Source of the DNA: Cryobacterium sp.
Lineage (GTDB): Bacteria; Actinomycetota; Actinomycetes; Actinomycetales; Microbacteriaceae
DNA: 64,000 nt
Reading direction: 5' to 3'
Assembly (NCBI GenBank): GCA_019639015.1
Contig: JAHBSS010000001.1
Coordinates: 9,189 to 73,188, forward strand
Of this stretch, positions 1 through 9,722 are shown piece after piece. Made by a program: the position numbers and the translations under genes. The notes under the pieces were generated by a model, which was not told the DNA's origin, did no database searches, and worked only from the letters and a program-made list of their open reading frames with translations. The stretch's first letter is position 1; each line of letters starts with the position of its first letter.

Positions 1-258
1 GGTGATCCTTGTGTCGAAACAAAAACGACGTTGGATCTCGAACATGCGCTTCGGTTACCGGGTGGAAATATATTCCAGCAACCATTGGATTGGCCGTTTG
101 TTGAAGATGCTGAAGATTTGACTTCACCCGCAAAGAAATGGGGCGTAGAGACAAAGTGGGACCGTGTTCTATTTTGCGGTTCAAGCGCTAAGCGAGGAGG
201 CGCAGTGAGCGGAATCGGTGGACAGAACGCTGCAATGGCGATACTGGAAGCCGACTAA
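1..258 (+). CDS. NAD(P)/FAD-dependent oxidoreductase, phytoene dehydrogenase-like (C-terminal fragment, 5' truncated)
   Basis: Frame 1 open from base 1; C-terminal motifs 'DLE..LRLPGGNIFQ' and 'CGSSAKRGGAVSGIGGQNAA' typical of this family. Confidence 0.75.
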   Translation, partial: GDPCVETKTTLDLEHALRLPGGNIFQQPLDWPFVEDAEDLTSPAKKWGVETKWDRVLFCGSSAKRGGAVSGIGGQNAAMAILEAD

Positions 259-359
259 AAACTCAAATAGCTCACGTTTCTCTTTACGCAATCCCTGTTC
301 CTTACTAGAATCCAATCGCCTCCCAAGGTTGGGAAGCTCTGAGGATGAGGGGGTCTAGA

Positions 360-527
360 TTGGCAGAGTTTGACCCTTTCGAAAACCAAGGCGGTGCCTC
401 GGCACTAGATCCTGAACAGGCTGCCGAGGTAAAGAAACTTACTGAAAAACTATTAGCCGACCTCGCTTCAATGGAGGATGAGCCGGGCGCCGGGCCTGCG
501 CACTTTGACGAAGAAGCCTCGGAATAG
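360..527 (+). CDS. small acidic hypothetical protein
   Basis: ORF track 345..527; TTG at 360 follows SD-like GAGGGG (ATG 345 is the alternative); fills the intergenic gap. Confidence 0.45.
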   Translation: MAEFDPFENQGGASALDPEQAAEVKKLTEKLLADLASMEDEPGAGPAHFDEEASE

Positions 528-608
528 ATTCAACGGCTCAAGTCGGGCGAGGCTATTCGACCCGGCACTCTGTAAAGAGCTGTGCTCTAGTTGCACCAAG
601 ATTGATTC

Positions 609-1631
609 ATGGCAATCGGCATTCTCACTAGCGGTGGAGACGCACCAGGGTTAAACGCGGTCATTCGGGCGCTTGTGTTCAGCGGGACTCAAACTCACGG
701 GCTGGAATTTCTCGGCATCCGTGACGGCTGGAAGGGTCTAGTCGAGGGTGATGTTGCCCCTCTCGTCCGTCACGACGTCATGGGAATCAGCAAGCAAGGT
801 GGAACAATCCTCGGCACATCCAGAACGAATCCGTTTGAATTTGGGGGCGTCGAACGAGTTCAAGAAGTCATGAGTTCAAGTGGAATGGATGCGCTCATAG
901 CAATAGGCGGCGAAGGTACCCTCGCTGCCGCGAAGCGGTTATCGGATGCCGGAATCCCCGTGGTAGGAGTTCCAAAAACGGTAGACAATGACTTGGACGC
1001 GACCGACTACACGTTCGGTTTTGACACGGCTGTTCAAATCGCAACCGAAGCGATGGATCGACTCAGAACAACGGGAGACTCGCACCGCCGCTGCATGGTT
1101 GCAGAGGTAATGGGGCGGTATGTCGGTTGGATTGCCCTCCATTCCGGAGTCGCGGCTGGTGCGCATGCGATTCTCATTCCAGAGCGGAAGACTTCTATGG
1201 ATCAGATCTGTGAATGGGTGACAAAGGCTAAAGATCGCGGTCGAGCACCTTTGGTTTGCGTAGCGGAAGGATTCTTGCTTGACACTATGACCGATGTTCA
1301 CAGCGCCCGCGGTTTGGATGCGTTCGGTCGGCCAAGGCTCGGCGGTATCGGTGAAGTGCTTGCACCAATTATTGAAGAGCGCACGGGGATTGAAACACGC
1401 GCGACGACTCTCGGTCACATCCAACGAGGAGGAACACCAACCGCATTCGACCGTGTGCTAGCAACACGACTGGGTTGGGGCGCACTCAAGATGGTGCTTG
1501 CAAAAAAATGGGGTTACATGGTGGCACTTCGCGGAACGGAAATCGTGGATGTCCCATTCGAATCAGCACTCGGTTCGCTAAAGACAGTCCCGGACGCCCG
1601 CTATGAAGAAGTGATGGAATTATTCGGCTAG
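609..1631 (+). CDS. pfkA: 6-phosphofructokinase
   Basis: TSGGDAPGLN, GGTILGTSR, IGGEGT, PKTVDND, EVMGR, LGHIQRGG motifs. Confidence 0.95.
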   Translation: MAIGILTSGGDAPGLNAVIRALVFSGTQTHGLEFLGIRDGWKGLVEGDVAPLVRHDVMGISKQGGTILGTSRTNPFEFGGVERVQEVMSSSGMDALIAIGGEGTLAAAKRLSDAGIPVVGVPKTVDNDLDATDYTFGFDTAVQIATEAMDRLRTTGDSHRRCMVAEVMGRYVGWIALHSGVAAGAHAILIPERKTSMDQICEWVTKAKDRGRAPLVCVAEGFLLDTMTDVHSARGLDAFGRPRLGGIGEVLAPIIEERTGIETRATTLGHIQRGGTPTAFDRVLATRLGWGALKMVLAKKWGYMVALRGTEIVDVPFESALGSLKTVPDARYEEVMELFG

Positions 1632-1667
1632 ATAGCGTCGAGGCCGATACCGTGGCACACTATCGCC

Positions 1668-2090
1668 ATGGGTACAACGCTTCAGATTCTCTTGGCCGTG
1701 TTTGCTGGTTTGGCCGCACTCGTTCACGTGTTCGCATTCGTGCTCGAAAGCATAATTTGGCCGAAACCGAAAGTGTGGAAACGCTTCGGAGTTAAATCTC
1801 AAGCGGACGCGGATGTCTTAGAACAAATGGCATTCAACCAGGGTTTCTACAACTTGTTCCTTGCAATAGGAACCGGGATCGGGTTGTTCTTACTGGTTTA
1901 CGGAAACGTCATGGGCGGCAAATGGGTGCTACTCATTACGCTCTCATCGATGGTGCTTGCCGCGGCGGTATTGCTACTCACCAATCGCAAACTGTGGCGC
2001 GCTGCCCTACTTCAAGGACTCATCCCTCTACTCGGGCTTGCTTGTTTGCTTTGGGCCGTCACAATTCGAGTTCCACTAATGGTTCTTTGA
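1668..2090 (+). CDS. DUF1304 family membrane protein
   Basis: H...LES and AFNQGFYNLFLA signature, four hydrophobic segments. Confidence 0.85.
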   Translation: MGTTLQILLAVFAGLAALVHVFAFVLESIIWPKPKVWKRFGVKSQADADVLEQMAFNQGFYNLFLAIGTGIGLFLLVYGNVMGGKWVLLITLSSMVLAAAVLLLTNRKLWRAALLQGLIPLLGLACLLWAVTIRVPLMVL

Positions 2091-2112
2091 CGACAACAAA
2101 TTTCATCGAAAC

Positions 2113-2334
2113 CTAGTCGTCTTTCTTGAACGCCCAGGCGATAAGTCCACCAACAACGATTACCCCTGCGACAGCACCTATTAGCCAGAGCAACGGGTCT
2201 GCTCGCCAAGACTCAACAACCGTTTCGCGCAACTCCCCTACGCGTTTGGGAACATTCAGTTTGTCTTCAATCGCGTTCAAGGTTTGTTCAAGTTCGCGTC
2301 TAGCTTGTGCACTTCGAACTGATTCGCTTGTCAC
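2113..2334 (-). CDS. DUF3618 domain-containing protein
   Basis: 'ARRELEQTLNAIEDKLNVPKR' plus C-terminal TM; GTG start overlaps the upstream TGA (GTGA). Confidence 0.75.
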   Translation of the reverse strand: MTSESVRSAQARRELEQTLNAIEDKLNVPKRVGELRETVVESWRADPLLWLIGAVAGVIVVGGLIAWAFKKDD

Positions 2335-2768
2335 TTCTCGCCCCGTCCCGTGGTCCCCTTTATCACCCTGATGTCTTTGCGAACACTCGAGATGGTTTCC
2401 GTAGGTTGGGTTGCACCTTTCTTGAATTGGCCAACGCCAATTACCAAGAGCACGGCGACTAGACCCAAAAGCACCACCCCGACGATTAACGCAGCAAGCC
2501 AAGCGGGAAGCACAACTGCAAGTCCCAAGATCGCAGCCGCGACAAGCACACCGATTGCAAAAACCGCGACCAGTATCGCACCGAAGATGAATCCAATCCC
2601 GATGCCAGCGTGTTTTAGCTTTCGAACAAGCTCTGCCTTGAATTGATCGATTTCGCTCCGAATCAGCTCAATCAGCTGAGATGGGATGCTCCCAATTAGT
2701 GAAAATAATGATCGCTTCTTGCCGCCATCACTTGATTCACCCTTAAACGAATCGCGCACGCCAGTCAC
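2331..2768 (-). CDS. phage holin family protein (YqjE-like/Phage_holin_3_6)
   Basis: 'LIRSEIDQFKAEL', two TM helices, 'PTETISSVRKDI'. Confidence 0.8.
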   Translation of the reverse strand: MTGVRDSFKGESSDGGKKRSLFSLIGSIPSQLIELIRSEIDQFKAELVRKLKHAGIGIGFIFGAILVAVFAIGVLVAAAILGLAVVLPAWLAALIVGVVLLGLVAVLLVIGVGQFKKGATQPTETISSVRKDIRVIKGTTGRGEK

Positions 2769-3034
2769 TTCTTGGTTGTAGTTGACTTTGACTCTGACGC
2801 AGTTGGGCTCTTGCGTTTGATGACCTTCTTTGCGGTGTCGCCCAAAAAGTCAACAACTTCCGGTGCCTTCTCGCGCGCAAAATCTTCGACAACTTGTACC
2901 TGTTGCTTGACTCTCGGGTCCTCCCAGAATCCTTTGAAGGTACGCTTGATCTGCTCGTAGCGACCGCGACCAGCCCGAGCACCAAGCAGGTATCCGATCC
3001 CAAAACCGAGCAACAAGACCAGCTTGCCTCGCAT
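2765..3034 (-). CDS. YtxH-like membrane-anchored protein
   Basis: 'MRGKL..GFGIGYLLGARAGRGRYEQI'; GGAG SD before ATG 3034. Confidence 0.75.
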   Translation of the reverse strand: MRGKLVLLLGFGIGYLLGARAGRGRYEQIKRTFKGFWEDPRVKQQVQVVEDFAREKAPEVVDFLGDTAKKVIKRKSPTASESKSTTTKK

Positions 3035-3153
3035 AGTTTCTCCGTTCATAGGGCGCCTGTAGCGCAGGTTGTGTCAAGGAAAATCAAGATTCGCCTCGGT
3101 AAAGACTATCGCCGTGTAGTCCGCGGTGGTTCAGCGAGTTCCCAGTTAAGGCT

Positions 3154-4062
3154 TCAGTGAACTGCCTCGAGGATGTCCAAACCAACTATCTTCAAAGCTT
3201 CTAGCACCCGAAGTCTCGCGCCCATAGTCTCATCGCTAAAGTTCACCGTTACCGCATACGCAACGGTAGTTCTTGGTCCTTTCAGGATTCCGATCTCGCT
3301 TCGAACTCCGACATCCGTACCGGTCTTATTCATAAGCAACATGCCGTGGTCACGGTTCCGGTGAGCGAGCGGATCAAGCCCGAATGCACGGGCGACTAGC
3401 GAGAGATCCACGTTCATGCTCATCCAACTCAGAACTCGCTTGCAGGTGAGTGGATCGACAACTTGTCCTCGATACAACGCGCCCATGAGCCAACTGAGTT
3501 CCGCGGCTGTGCCAACCGAGAGTTGCGGCGCGTCATCCGGTCCGCGGTTGTCTCGCACCAGATCTAGCAGGGCGGTCCTGCTAAGCCCAAGTCCTTCGGC
3601 ACGGTGCCTAACAGCTTCAATTCCAACTTCCTTGAGCAGAAGGTTTGTAGCAAGGTTGTCACTTGTTGAAGCAACTAGAGCTGCCAAATCAGCTATCGGA
3701 AGGGAAGGGGCTTGCAAATGTTGCCAGATACCAGAGTCCCCAACTTCATCTTCGGGAGTCTTGTCAATCAGATCAAAATCCGAAAGTTTGCCAGAAGATA
3801 TCTGGGCCGCGATCTCAATAAGCAAGAGCACTTTGCCGACACTTGCAGTCGGGAGGCTAATCTTCTCGTCAATCGCACAAAGAACTTTGCCACCAACCAG
3901 GTCAAGAATGCTAGCTGACACTTGGGCGCCCGTGTAAGCCAGGTTCCCGAGGGCATTGAAACTTGCAGAAAAGTTCTCTATTACCTCGCCACTCAAGTGG
4001 CGCGGATTCCGTTTTAGGCGCACTCGTTCACGCCGGAACTGTTCCTGAGTAGTTGTCACCAA
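3154..4062 (-). CDS. serine hydrolase, class A beta-lactamase-like fold
   Basis: SxxK (SVGK), SDN and KTG motifs; no signal peptide. Confidence 0.85.
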   Translation of the reverse strand: MVTTTQEQFRRERVRLKRNPRHLSGEVIENFSASFNALGNLAYTGAQVSASILDLVGGKVLCAIDEKISLPTASVGKVLLLIEIAAQISSGKLSDFDLIDKTPEDEVGDSGIWQHLQAPSLPIADLAALVASTSDNLATNLLLKEVGIEAVRHRAEGLGLSRTALLDLVRDNRGPDDAPQLSVGTAAELSWLMGALYRGQVVDPLTCKRVLSWMSMNVDLSLVARAFGLDPLAHRNRDHGMLLMNKTGTDVGVRSEIGILKGPRTTVAYAVTVNFSDETMGARLRVLEALKIVGLDILEAVH

Positions 4063-6014
4063 ATATTCACTCGCTCTTTAGGATCAAGCCAAAGTGCATC
4101 TGCCTCGGTCACGCCGAATGTGTCGTGGAATACATCCAGATTACGGACAATTTGGTTGCAACGGAACTCGTTGGGGGAGTGCGGATCGATAGCCAATAGC
4201 CTGATCGCTTCAGCATCCCGAATCTTCATTTGCCAGGCTTGCGCCCAGGACAATAAGAATCTTTCCGCACCACTCAAACCGTCAATTGTTGGTGGTGCCT
4301 CGCCGCCCAAAGACTTCAAATAGGCCTTCCAAGCGATACCTAGACCACCCAAATCGCCAATGTTTTCACCGATTGTTAGGGCGCCGTTGACGTGGTGCTC
4401 TGGAACTTGAGCCGGGGCAAGGGCGTTGTATTGCTCGATGAGAGATCCGGTGAGTTTCTCAAATGCTGCTTTGTCCTCTGCAGTCCACCAATCAATCAAT
4501 CGACCGTCTCCGTCGAATTTCGAACCTTGATCGTCGAATCCGTGCCCGATTTCGTGACCAATTACTGCACCAATAGCGCCGAAGTTTGCCGCCGAATCGC
4601 GATTCGGGTCAAAGAACGGGTACTGCAAAATTGCCGCGGGGAACACGATTTCATTGAAACCCGGGTTGTAATAGGCGTTTATCGTTTGAGGCGTCATGAA
4701 CCATTCGTCACGGTCTAAAGGCTTGCCAACCTTGCCAAGCTCCCGCTTGAACTCAAACAGCGCACCGTTTCGCACGTTTTGAAGCAAGTCATCCGGTGTG
4801 ATCTCCAACGACGAATAATCACGCCACTTGACTGGGTATCCAATCTTCGGAGTGAACTTGTCTAGTTTTTCAAGCGCACGTTTCCGAGTGGCCTCGGTCA
4901 TCCATTCCAGTCCACTGATGCTTTCTCGGTACGCCTCAATCAAGTAGGCAACCAGAGCATCCATTTGAGTCTTGGATTCCTTTGGAAAGTGCAATTCAAC
5001 ATATTTTCGTCCGACAGCCTCGCCCATGTTGCCTTCAACAAGTGAAACTCCACGTTTCCAGCGTTCGCGAAGTTGAGGGGTACCGGAGAGGGCTTTTCCG
5101 TAAAACTCGAAGTTCGAATTCACAAATTCGCTCGATAGGTATGCTGCTGACGAACGGATGACCTGCCAACTGAGCCAATCCCGCCAGTCCTCGAATCGCT
5201 CGGCTGTGAATAGTTCAACAAGTCCAGCCACAAAACTCGGTTGACGCAAGACAACCTCATCGAAGGAACCCTTCGGTGGATTGATTGCCTCAAGCCAATT
5301 GTTCAAATCTGGCAAGTCAAGGTCTGTCCATTTTCGAAGATTGTAAGTTCGCTCGCTATCCCTACTGGACACGTTGTCCCAATGACGCTTTGCGATGTCG
5401 GTTTCCAGAGCGTAAACCCGCCGAGCTCGTTCCGCCGGTTCGGAAAATTCGGTCAGAGTGAACATCCGCTCAAGTAGCTCTAGATAGGCAGACCGGATCT
5501 GAGCAAAATGTTCTTCGCGATAATACGACTCGTCCGGTAGACCAATTCCAGCCTGCTCGAAGAACACCAAATAACGTTCGGGGTTACCGGGATCGTTGTC
5601 GACAAAAACTTGAGCGAATCCCGAGATTCCTTCACGTTCAAGTGCACCCAAGAGACCGAGAATCTCGGGAACGTCTTTGGTCTTCTCAATTTCTGCAAGC
5701 ATCGGTTTAATCGGATCGAAACCAAGTTCCTCGATGCGTTGCTCATTCATGAAACTGGAATACAGGTCACCGATTTTTCGTTCCTCGCTACCCGGTGTGG
5801 CATCCTGCGCGCCCTCGATGATTGCCCTTACCGCTTTTTCGGATTCTTCCGCGAGGATCATGAACGACCCGTACCTGGCTTTGTCTTCTGGGATTTGAGT
5901 CTCTTCTATCCACTTGCCGTTTACATGTCGAAACAAGTCGTCTTGCGGGCGAACGGATGCGTCAAGATTTTCAAGTTCTATACCGGAGTGTGAAGATGTC
6001 CCGTTTGCAGTCAT
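4056..6014 (-). CDS. pepO: M13 family metallopeptidase (PepO/neprilysin-like)
   Basis: DDLFRHVNG, NAYY, HEIGH, ENIGD, DPHSP motifs. Confidence 0.93.
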   Translation of the reverse strand: MTANGTSSHSGIELENLDASVRPQDDLFRHVNGKWIEETQIPEDKARYGSFMILAEESEKAVRAIIEGAQDATPGSEERKIGDLYSSFMNEQRIEELGFDPIKPMLAEIEKTKDVPEILGLLGALEREGISGFAQVFVDNDPGNPERYLVFFEQAGIGLPDESYYREEHFAQIRSAYLELLERMFTLTEFSEPAERARRVYALETDIAKRHWDNVSSRDSERTYNLRKWTDLDLPDLNNWLEAINPPKGSFDEVVLRQPSFVAGLVELFTAERFEDWRDWLSWQVIRSSAAYLSSEFVNSNFEFYGKALSGTPQLRERWKRGVSLVEGNMGEAVGRKYVELHFPKESKTQMDALVAYLIEAYRESISGLEWMTEATRKRALEKLDKFTPKIGYPVKWRDYSSLEITPDDLLQNVRNGALFEFKRELGKVGKPLDRDEWFMTPQTINAYYNPGFNEIVFPAAILQYPFFDPNRDSAANFGAIGAVIGHEIGHGFDDQGSKFDGDGRLIDWWTAEDKAAFEKLTGSLIEQYNALAPAQVPEHHVNGALTIGENIGDLGGLGIAWKAYLKSLGGEAPPTIDGLSGAERFLLSWAQAWQMKIRDAEAIRLLAIDPHSPNEFRCNQIVRNLDVFHDTFGVTEADALWLDPKERVNIW

Positions 6015-6106
6015 TGTTCAAGACTACGAGTTAGTTATCACGAACCCAATCAGTTTAAGAACCGCTCCGTAGATCACTGGGCACATTGCGTTAGCGGCTG
6101 TGACAA

Positions 6107-6145
6107 ATCGATGACCGCGAGCACTTGAAACTCGCGGTCATCGAT
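6107..6145 (-). terminator. probable intrinsic terminator of the dodecin gene
   Basis: Perfect 15-bp stem ATCGATGACCGCGAG / CTCGCGGTCATCGAT with 9-nt loop, 22 nt past the dodecin stop. Confidence 0.7.
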
Positions 6146-6167
6146 ATCAAATTAATTGGGTGGGAAG

Positions 6168-6374
6168 TTAGTCGTCGAGCACAAATGTGACTTCGAGCAC
6201 TACCCGCCAGCTGACTACGTTTCCGTTAGCAACTTCAACTTTTTGTTCCTTCACCCAAGCACCGGTAACACCCCTAAGTGTCTTGTTTGCGCGAGCCAAT
6301 CCGGCCTTGATGGCGTCATCAAAAGACTTATCTGAGCTAGCGCTTAGCGTCGTTATTCTTGCAACAGATGCCAT
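6168..6374 (-). CDS. dodecin family protein
   Basis: 68 aa; '[30 protein letters not shown]'; AAGGAG SD. Confidence 0.9.
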   Translation of the reverse strand: MASVARITTLSASSDKSFDDAIKAGLARANKTLRGVTGAWVKEQKVEVANGNVVSWRVVLEVTFVLDD

Positions 6375-6465
6375 TTTGTTCTCCTTAAAGTTTGAGACTG
6401 GTATTCAGAGTCTGTCTCCAAATCTTGCGGCTGTCGAGTCCAGGTCATTCGATTACGCTTCAGGG

Positions 6466-7161
6466 GTGAGACTCGTCGTCGCCCGCTGCACTGTTGATTA
6501 CGCCGGCAGATTGAGCGCTCACCTACCGTTGGCGACTCGACTACTCGTCATCAAATCCGACGGGAGTGTGCTCGTGCATAGCGATTCTCTTAGCTACAAG
6601 CCTCTCAATTGGATGAGTCCGCCTTGCGTGCTTAGTGTTCTGGAACCCGAACCTGAACTAGCGAACTCTGGCGTAATCGAATTGTGGAAGGTCAGTCAAG
6701 CAAAGTCTGCCGACTTATTGATGATTTCAATCCACGAGATTCTTCACGACAGTAGCCATGAACTGGGAATGGATCCGGGACTTCAAAAGGATGGTGTTGA
6801 AGCCGATCTTCAACGCCTACTTGCCGAGCAGATCGAATTACTAGGGCAGGGGTATCGGTTGGTGCGACGCGAGTACATGACTGCGATCGGCCCGGTCGAC
6901 ATCCTTGCAAAGGACGAAAACGGTCAAAGCGTCGCTGTGGAGATCAAGAGACGCGGCGATATCGACGGTGTTGAACAGTTGACTAGATATCTAGAACTCA
7001 TGAATCGCGACCCGTTACTCACACCCGTAACAGGTGTGTTCGCTGCGCAAGAGATCAAACCGCAAGCTCGAACTCTCGCCGAAGACCGTGCAATTCGTTG
7101 CGTAATTTTGGATTACGACGCAATGCGGGGAATGGACAATTCGGATGAGCGACTGTTTTGA
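6466..7161 (+). CDS. nucS: mismatch-specific endonuclease NucS/EndoMS
   Basis: '[16 protein letters not shown]', 'YKPLNWM', '[18 protein letters not shown]'; start re-assigned to GTG 6466. Confidence 0.95.
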   Translation: MRLVVARCTVDYAGRLSAHLPLATRLLVIKSDGSVLVHSDSLSYKPLNWMSPPCVLSVLEPEPELANSGVIELWKVSQAKSADLLMISIHEILHDSSHELGMDPGLQKDGVEADLQRLLAEQIELLGQGYRLVRREYMTAIGPVDILAKDENGQSVAVEIKRRGDIDGVEQLTRYLELMNRDPLLTPVTGVFAAQEIKPQARTLAEDRAIRCVILDYDAMRGMDNSDERLF

Positions 7162-7195
7162 GGACACGCTTGACCTTCACACCTCGTAGGCTCTG

Positions 7196-7855
7196 ATGGT
7201 GCGCAAAAACTGGACTTGCGTGTTATTCGACTTGGACGGAACGCTCGCGGATTCCGCTCCCGGCATTGTTGCGACCCTGCGACTGATGTTTCGTGAGCTC
7301 GGTATTGCGGTTCCGCGCTCTGATGACCTGCTCAGGTATGTTGGGCCTCCCATTTTGGATGCGTTTCAAGACTTCGCGGGCATGGATGAAGAAAAGGCCA
7401 AGCGCGCTCTCGAGATTTACCGCCGCTATTACCTTGAAAATGGGACGAAAGGCGTTAAAACTTACCCCGGTATTCCGTCGCTGCTAAAGGCGCTTTCAGA
7501 GAGTCGAATAGGGGTTGCCTTGGCTACATCCAAACCAGAAAAACCTGCGAGAGCCCTTCTTGATTCGCACGACCTCACGAAATATTTCGATGTGATAGCT
7601 GGGGCTTCAGCCGACGAGAAGAGAAGTGCAAAGGCGGATGTTGTCGCTGAAGCGCTGTATCGACTGTCGCGTGCTGGAATCGACATCTCTAGCGCTGTAA
7701 TGGTTGGTGATCGGGATTTTGATATAGAAGGTGCAGCCGAAAATGATGTTCCAACGATATTTGTCGAATGGGGTTACGGCGCCCCACTCGAAGCAAAGAA
7801 GGCGATCGCTTCCGTAGAGAACGCGACGCAATTGCGAAAGCTGCTACTGCCTTGA
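7196..7855 (+). CDS. HAD-superfamily hydrolase (phosphoglycolate phosphatase-like)
   Basis: DLDGTL, ATSK, MVGDR motifs. Confidence 0.88.
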   Translation: MVRKNWTCVLFDLDGTLADSAPGIVATLRLMFRELGIAVPRSDDLLRYVGPPILDAFQDFAGMDEEKAKRALEIYRRYYLENGTKGVKTYPGIPSLLKALSESRIGVALATSKPEKPARALLDSHDLTKYFDVIAGASADEKRSAKADVVAEALYRLSRAGIDISSAVMVGDRDFDIEGAAENDVPTIFVEWGYGAPLEAKKAIASVENATQLRKLLLP

Positions 7856-8253
7856 CGCTGCCACAAGCAGGCGTAGGGAACGCAAAAGTGCGCGTTGATT
7901 CTTGGCTATGGGCGATCAGGGTCTTCAAGACTCGAACGGAAGCAACGAGAGCATGCCGCGCCGGTCACGTTCAAATTTCTGGAGAACGCGCGAAAGCTGC
8001 TCAAGCAGTTGGCATTGGCACAGAAGTCAGGGTTCGAATTACCGGTTTCGATCGAATCCTTCGCGTGACACAACCAATCATCAAGAGAGTTCCAGCAGCC
8101 GTTGCGGCAACCTGCTTCGTCGACTTAACCCCACCGCGACCCCCCAGCGAGCGCAGCTATTTTCCGCCAGCACGCGAACCCGGTGCAGGTCGACCAACCA
8201 AACGCGACCGCCGAGAACTAGATCGCTTACGAGGCAGAACCGGTAATTCTTAG
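7852..8253 (+). CDS. RNA-binding S4 domain protein (Hsp15/HslR-like)
   Basis: 'RVDSWLWAIRVFKTR', 'GRPTKRDRR'; TTG start overlaps the HAD stop. Confidence 0.88.
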   Translation: MTLPQAGVGNAKVRVDSWLWAIRVFKTRTEATRACRAGHVQISGERAKAAQAVGIGTEVRVRITGFDRILRVTQPIIKRVPAAVAATCFVDLTPPRPPSERSYFPPAREPGAGRPTKRDRRELDRLRGRTGNS

Positions 8254-8278
8254 CACCCAAATGAGACAAAGAATTGAG

Positions 8279-8362
<84 letters not shown>

Positions 8363-8507
8363 GACTAAGCGAGATTATCACAGCAACGCCTCGGCTCGAA
8401 GAGTCGAACGTTCGCAGATTCGTTCTTTGGGCACTGAAATCATTGGCTCCCTATCTTGAATCCGAGTTTCAACGGCTAACATCGATTGAACGGTTAGGAG
8501 GTGAACT

Positions 8508-9218
8508 TTGGGCCTACTTGATCGGTTCGAAAAAGGACTCGAGAAGGTTGTCAACGGCACGTTTGCAAAAACCTTTAAGAGTGGTTTAGAACCAATCGAG
8601 ATCACTTCCGCTTTGCGGCGCGAACTCGACACAAAAGCCGCCGTGGTTGCTCGGGATCGAGTATTGGTTCCAAATCGTTTTCTCGTAACCTTGAGCGAAC
8701 TCGACTTCGCCCGCATGTCAGAACTCGGCGCTTCGCTCATTGATGAGCTGACCCAATTGGTTCAAAATCATGCCACAGCACAGCACTACAGTTTCGCAGG
8801 CGGTATTGAAATCAAGCTAAAGCCTGATTCGAACCTGGGTGAAGGAATGTTAGCTATCGAGTCATCCAACGTTAAAGGCGACGTCTCCTGGACGCCGGTG
8901 CTTGACATTTCGGGAAAGAGATTCCCGATTGTAAAGAGCCATACCGTGATAGGTCGCGGAGCAGAAGCGGACATAACAATTGATGATCCGGGGATTTCTC
9001 GAAGACACGTAGAGATTCTTTGGGATGGCCTTCGAGCACAAGTGAATGACCTTAGTTCCACAAATGGAACAGAACTCGATGGAAGACCAGTCAAAAAAGC
9101 CGCCCTCGAATCTGATTCTGTGATTTCGATTGGCAGAACCCGTATTCTATTCCGAGTGTTAGCTCAATCGGCTTCCGTGGCGAAGTATGCAATTCCGGCC
9201 AACGGGGATGAAAGTTAG
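8508..9218 (+). CDS. fhaA: FhaA (DUF3662 + FHA domain)
   Basis: 'MGLLDRFEKGLE..F..TFKSG' N-domain; FHA 'IGRG..ISRRH..STNGT'. Confidence 0.9.
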   Translation: MGLLDRFEKGLEKVVNGTFAKTFKSGLEPIEITSALRRELDTKAAVVARDRVLVPNRFLVTLSELDFARMSELGASLIDELTQLVQNHATAQHYSFAGGIEIKLKPDSNLGEGMLAIESSNVKGDVSWTPVLDISGKRFPIVKSHTVIGRGAEADITIDDPGISRRHVEILWDGLRAQVNDLSSTNGTELDGRPVKKAALESDSVISIGRTRILFRVLAQSASVAKYAIPANGDES

Positions 9219-9226
9219 GTCGCAAA

Positions 9227-9718
9227 TTGAGTGAGCTGACGCTTCTTGTTTTGAGGTTCGGGTTCCTCGCGATCCTTTGGATTTTCGTGTTCGCAGTTGT
9301 TTATGCACTAAGAACTGACCTGTTTGGGGCAAGAGTCCGTAAGGTGCCCGCAGTTACCTCGGCACCACCGGAAATCAGCCAACCTCAAAAGCAAAAGCCG
9401 CTAAAACGCGAAATCGCCACATCCGAGAACACCAATCGCTTGGTAATTACTTCCGGCGCAAAACAAGGACTCGAAATTCCTCTCGGCGAAGAACCCTTAA
9501 CAATCGGCCGATCAGCCGACAGCGGGTTGATTATCCGCGATGACTACACGTCGACACACCATGCGCGCCTATTTCTTTGGGGTCAAGACTGGGCAATTCA
9601 AGATTTAGATTCAACGAACGGAACCTTCCTCGATGAGACAAGAGTTGGTGTACCGACAGCTGTCCCGTTGAATACACCGGTTCGGATAGGCACAACGACG
9701 TTCGAATTGCGTCGGTGA
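9227..9718 (+). CDS. fhaB: FHA domain protein FhaB/FipA
   Basis: N-terminal TM plus FHA 'IGRS..DDYTSTHHA..STNGT'. Confidence 0.9.
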   Translation: MSELTLLVLRFGFLAILWIFVFAVVYALRTDLFGARVRKVPAVTSAPPEISQPQKQKPLKREIATSENTNRLVITSGAKQGLEIPLGEEPLTIGRSADSGLIIRDDYTSTHHARLFLWGQDWAIQDLDSTNGTFLDETRVGVPTAVPLNTPVRIGTTTFELRR

Positions 9719-9722
9719 GTTT

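Noticed and set aside
6187-6465. N-terminal extension of NucS in the ORF track
   Set aside because: Overlaps dodecin antisense; the family start and a -10 hexamer point to GTG 6466
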